Virus record (IMG/VR): IMGVR_UViG_3300021976_000006
Coordinates: 30,232 to 94,231 of that record
Direction: 5' to 3' (one strand)
Origin: a virus
Length of the DNA: 64,000 nt
Shown here: one piece after another, positions 60,044 to 64,000 of the stretch
How positions within the stretch are numbered: the stretch's first letter is position 1
How the letters are laid out: each line of letters begins with the position of its first letter
Program-made: the position numbers and the translations under genes
The notes under the pieces: generated by a model
Told to the model about the DNA's origin: nothing
Seen by the model: only the letters and a program-made list of their open reading frames with translations
Databases searched by the model: none

Positions 60044-61284
60044 TACTCATCGCAGGAAAAGGTACAGATAAGTATTCAGATTTTTTTACAAATGCTATTA
60101 GGATAGCAGGAACAAGGAATAGAGATGGTTTTGGATTTGCTTATAAAAAAGCATCTACCAAAACTGTCTATATGGCAAAAGGATTCATGGTTATGGACAG
60201 AATGATTGATGAAATCAAATGTCAAAACCTAAAAGAAGAAGATGAATTAATTGTTCATGTAAGGATGAAATCAGCTGGAGCAATAACTCCAGAAAATACT
60301 CATCCTTTTGAATTAAATTATGCTAATCTTAATAGTCCTGTTAGTTATGCAACTCATGGTAAAACTACCTTATATCCTGTAATGTTTCACAATGGAACTT
60401 TTGCAGACTTTAAGGATTTTGTACTAGCTACTCAAATGAGTGATACTTATCACTTTGCTAATAATTTTATGAAGTCTAGACAAATTTGGAATTTTTTGAA
60501 AGAAGATTCTAAGAAATTTATCAAAACTTTTAGAGATGTTATAGGTTTTAATAAACTTGTATTTTTAAGTAGAGAATGTCCAATGATTACTATTGGAGAA
60601 TTTATAACTGATAATGGTTATATTTTTTCTAATACTGGTTATAAATCAACATTAATGCCTTTTAATTATAGTAGTAATGTACAACAAAGACCAAAAATTA
60701 CAGACAGAACTGAAGATGGGCCTGTTAATAGTTTAAATACCAATATTGTTAAAATTGATAAAACTAATTTTAATCATTTTTATCTTAAATCACACTGTAG
60801 AAGCGTAGGTGGAGGATCTAAAATTGAAGAAGGTGAATATTTTGTTATCAAAACATATAATGATAAAGATAGAACTTGTCTTTTAGAGGAGAAAAACTAT
60901 AATGGTTCTTTCAAATTTATATCATTTGATGTTCTTGATAGTGTATTTATTCGTATACCAAAACCTGGTTACAGTAAAAGATATATGGATTATATCAAAT
61001 TAGTTGGTAAAGTAGAAGCTACAAAGTCTGCTATTAAAAAAATATTTAATAAAGTTCTACAAGTTAGTGGAAGAAAGAAATCAGGTAAACCTGAAACTAT
61101 TGATATTAAATATAAAAATAACATTGTCAAGTATGATTATATAGGTGTACTAATGTTCTTAAATGATTATAAGCATTATATTGATGCTTACAGAGTTGAT
61201 GAATTGTTAAAACTTAGTGAACCTATTGAACAAACTAAAGAAGTTATATTACTTCCAGCAGAAGGTGCAAGTTGTGAATGTTAA
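60034..61284 (+). CDS. Class II (Ntn) glutamine amidotransferase
   Basis: MCVI N-terminal Cys, NRDGFG, HVR..SAG, NTHPF, HNG, SDT. Confidence 0.85.
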   Translation: MCVILIAGKGTDKYSDFFTNAIRIAGTRNRDGFGFAYKKASTKTVYMAKGFMVMDRMIDEIKCQNLKEEDELIVHVRMKSAGAITPENTHPFELNYANLNSPVSYATHGKTTLYPVMFHNGTFADFKDFVLATQMSDTYHFANNFMKSRQIWNFLKEDSKKFIKTFRDVIGFNKLVFLSRECPMITIGEFITDNGYIFSNTGYKSTLMPFNYSSNVQQRPKITDRTEDGPVNSLNTNIVKIDKTNFNHFYLKSHCRSVGGGSKIEEGEYFVIKTYNDKDRTCLLEEKNYNGSFKFISFDVLDSVFIRIPKPGYSKRYMDYIKLVGKVEATKSAIKKIFNKVLQVSGRKKSGKPETIDIKYKNNIVKYDYIGVLMFLNDYKHYIDAYRVDELLKLSEPIEQTKEVILLPAEGASCEC

Positions 61285-61298
61285 ATAATAAATAATGA

Positions 61299-63218
61299 AT
61301 GATAAATAAAGAGAAAGATAAGATTCAAGAAGAAGCTGTAAAGCTTTCAGAATCTTATCCCTCTTTACTATTATCACTAGCTACAGGTGTAGGAAAATCA
61401 CTTGCAGCTATTAAAATTATAGAGCGTAATAGTGAAGAGAATTGGTATATATTATGTAAAGAAACTAATCATATAGGAAACTGGTTAAAAGAATTTATAA
61501 CTCATGGTAAGGAACACTTACTATCAAAAGTAACAATATTTTGTTATGATAGTTTACATAAGTATATAGGAACAGAAGCTAATTTAGTATTGGATGAAGG
61601 TCATGCAATTACTGAATTAAGACTTAAGCAAATTAAACAAATAAAAAGCAATAAAGTAGTAATATTATCTGCTACCGTTGAACAAGATAAAAAATACCTA
61701 TTAGAACAGATTACAGGCTCTTTAAAAGAATATCATATATCTATAGCAGATGCTATTAATAAAGGTCTCTTACCTGCTCCTAAGGTGTTTATAGTTGATG
61801 TAATACTTACTAATGAACAGAGAATAACTTATAATAAGTTAACAAACTCTGTTGATTATTTTAAAGGTATGTATATGCAGTCTAGAGATCAAGGTTACCA
61901 ATTTAAATGGTTGAACACAGCTCTTAAAAGAAAGCAATTTTTATCTAATTGTAAAACAAGTAAAGCAGAAGAAATATTAAAACATTTAAGTAATAAAAGA
62001 TTAGTTTGTTTCACAGGATCAATACAACAATGTATAGATTTAGGTGGAAAAAATGTAGTTCATTCAAAGAATAAAGACAAAGCAAATATCATTCATAGAT
62101 TTAATAATCTTAATATTGATAAATTATTTGCAGTTAATATGCTTAGAGAAGCTATGAATTTAACTAATATAGAAGCTGGTATAATAGTACAGCTAGATAA
62201 CAAGAAACTTTCATTTATTCAAATGTTGGGTAAATACTTTGCCCATATCCCTTTAACTCGGTGAAACCTTAACTTGAAAGAAGAAGGCAATACCGAGCCA
62301 AGCCTAGAAATAGGAAGGTGTAGAGACTATCCGCTTTGTAGCGGAGTAGGCTTATCTGATAAATAAGTCGAAACAGGGGACTTTTTATAAATAAATTTTG
62401 ATATTCCAAATATTCTTCGTACCTTTGTACAAATAAAAAGAATATGGAAATTTGGAAAAAAATAGAAAACAGTTATTACTATGCTGTTTCAAATAAAGGA
62501 AGAATAAAAAGATTAGCACATCAAACATGGTCAGTTAGAAATAATTCATATTCTCAATATAAAGAGAGAATATTAAAATTATCTAATAATAATTCAAAAA
62601 AATATTGGAGACTTACTATTGATTATTTAGATAATATTTCTAAAGCAGAATCAATTCATAGATTAGTAGCATTAAATTTTATTGAAAATCCAAATAATTT
62701 ACCACAAGTAAATCATAAAGATGGTAATAAAGATAATAATAATGTTGATAATTTAGAATGGTGTACTAATTTATATAATATGCAACATGCTATTAGAACA
62801 GGATTAAGGGATAATTTCTTACTAAGTTTACAGGGAGAAAAATCTAATTTTAACAAATATTCAGAAGAAACTTTAATGAAAATACCTAAATTAATTGAAG
62901 AAGGTAATTCATATAAAAAAATAGGAGAAATATTAAATATTCCTCCAACATTAATTTCTGAAATAAAATCTAAAAGAGCATGGAAACATTTAAATATAAT
63001 TATTCCTGAATCAAAATTATATAAAAAGAAGATATAGTCCGATCCTCAGAGAAATCTGAGTCTTTGACAATTATCATGTTAAAGAAAAACAAAAGAGAGT
63101 ATTTAGAGCTGATTTACCAGAATGTTATGTATTAGTAGTAAAAAATACTCAAGATGAAGTATATCTTGAGACAGTATTAGAGGGATTTGATACAAAATAT
63201 TTATATAAATATGACTAG
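61299..63218 (+). CDS. SF2 DExH helicase, spliced join(61299..62231,63096..63218), 351 aa
   Basis: ATGVGKS, DEGH, SAT; motif VI QMLG|RVFR is restored only by splicing. Confidence 0.88.
62232..63095 (+). mobile_element. Group I intron in the helicase gene
   Basis: P1 GGGU/GCCC with U.G, P10 AAATACTTT/AGAGTATTT, CTCGGT/ACCGAG (P4), GAAGGTGTAGAGACTA, GATATAGTCC, terminal G. Confidence 0.92.
62444..63037 (+). CDS. Intron-encoded NUMOD4-HNH homing endonuclease
   Basis: EIWKKI...YAVSNKGRIK, HRLVA..F, VNHKDGNKDNNNVDNLEWCT...N..HA; own promoter TTTG...TACCTTTG at 62397-62427. Confidence 0.92.
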   Translation: MEIWKKIENSYYYAVSNKGRIKRLAHQTWSVRNNSYSQYKERILKLSNNNSKKYWRLTIDYLDNISKAESIHRLVALNFIENPNNLPQVNHKDGNKDNNNVDNLEWCTNLYNMQHAIRTGLRDNFLLSLQGEKSNFNKYSEETLMKIPKLIEEGNSYKKIGEILNIPPTLISEIKSKRAWKHLNIIIPESKLYKKKI

Positions 63219-63444
63219 AAAAATTGAAAAATTAATTAATGACTTTACTTTAGATGAACTATTAAAATACAAAAAATCTTTAGAACAGTTTATAGAGAAT
63301 ATTGATATTGCTTATAAAATTAAGTTATCAAGAAAAATTAATAAAAATCTAAAAAATAAATGTCAAATTGATGGTGATAAAACTTGTGATTGTTATTTAT
63401 GGTGTAAATCTAAAGATAAACAATTTGATAGTTTAGGTATGTAA
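63211..63444 (+). CDS. Small Cys-containing hypothetical protein
   Basis: ATG overlapping the helicase stop; C-x6-C-x-C-x3-C. Confidence 0.45.
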   Translation: MTRKIEKLINDFTLDELLKYKKSLEQFIENIDIAYKIKLSRKINKNLKNKCQIDGDKTCDCYLWCKSKDKQFDSLGM

Positions 63445-63513
63445 TATAAAATAAATTTTGTATCTTTGTAGCCCTCTTTTTCAATTGTGTGAAAGAGATA
63501 AGTGAGGAGATTA

Positions 63514-64000
63514 ATGAATAAAGAACAACAGATTTTATCTGAGGTAACAATATTTGGAAAATATTCTAAATATGTGCCTAAATTACAAAGAAGAGAATCA
63601 TGGTCTGAAATCTGTAATAGATATGAAGACATGATGTTAGAGAAGTATCCTAGATTAACTGAAGTCATCGTAGATGGTATGAAGTTAGTTAGAGATAAAA
63701 AGATTTTACCTTCTATGAGAGCAATGCAATTTGCGGGTAAACCTATCAATATTAATAATTCAAGAATATACAATTGTGCATATTTACCAATTGATGATTA
63801 TAGAGCTTTTTCTGAAGCTATGTTCTTATTACTTGGTGGTACTGGAGTAGGTTACTCTGTACAATTCAAACATATAGAGAAGCTACCAGAGATAACTATG
63901 CCTACTAAAACTAGAAGATACTTAGTTGGAGATAGTATTGAAGGATGGGCTGATAGTATTAAAATATTATTAAAGTCATATTTTGATACTATCAGCCCAT
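63514..64000 (+). CDS. nrdJ: Class II (B12-dependent, monomeric RTPR-type) ribonucleotide reductase, 5' part
   Basis: Not in the track (runs off the edge). RRESW.E, LPSMRAMQFAG, RIYNCAY, LLLGGTGVGYSVQ, DSIEGWAD. Confidence 0.85.
   Translation, partial: MNKEQQILSEVTIFGKYSKYVPKLQRRESWSEICNRYEDMMLEKYPRLTEVIVDGMKLVRDKKILPSMRAMQFAGKPININNSRIYNCAYLPIDDYRAFSEAMFLLLGGTGVGYSVQFKHIEKLPEITMPTKTRRYLVGDSIEGWADSIKILLKSYFDTISP

Noticed and set aside
61299-62264. Helicase and amidoligase as truncated pseudogenes
   Set aside because: Group I intron removal restores full in-frame proteins.

Overview
AT-rich 64-kb segment of a crAss-like (Crassvirales-type) podophage genome, read in the standard genetic code. 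TAnnTTTG promoters point to a Bacteroidota host. The minus strand (1-~32,000) carries the virion and lysis module: cargo protein, muzzle and ring tail proteins, IHF-like proteins, lysis cassette, two beta-helix tail spikes, a PL1 pectate lyase, auxiliary and major capsid proteins, portal, terminase, tRNA-fMet and two nucleases. The plus strand (~32,100-64,000) carries the early and replication module: many small ORFs, a dense cluster of structured non-coding RNAs, a tmRNA, family B DNA polymerase, a large phiEco32-type ATP-grasp/COOH-NH2 ligase/amidoligase/glutamine amidotransferase cluster, an SF2 helicase, and the start of a class II ribonucleotide reductase. Two group I introns with homing endonucleases split the amidoligase and helicase genes. 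The most striking feature is a compact diversity-generating retroelement (39,809-42,013). One reverse transcriptase is flanked by two target/template cassettes, each with its own template repeat inside a covarying RNA scaffold. No accessory (Avd) gene is recognisable, and the targets are small non-tail proteins. Every ApG in the two templates appears as GpG in the targets, which turns an in-frame TAG in one template into Trp. All alignments and pairings were done by eye; product calls rest on motif recognition and synteny, not on database searches.
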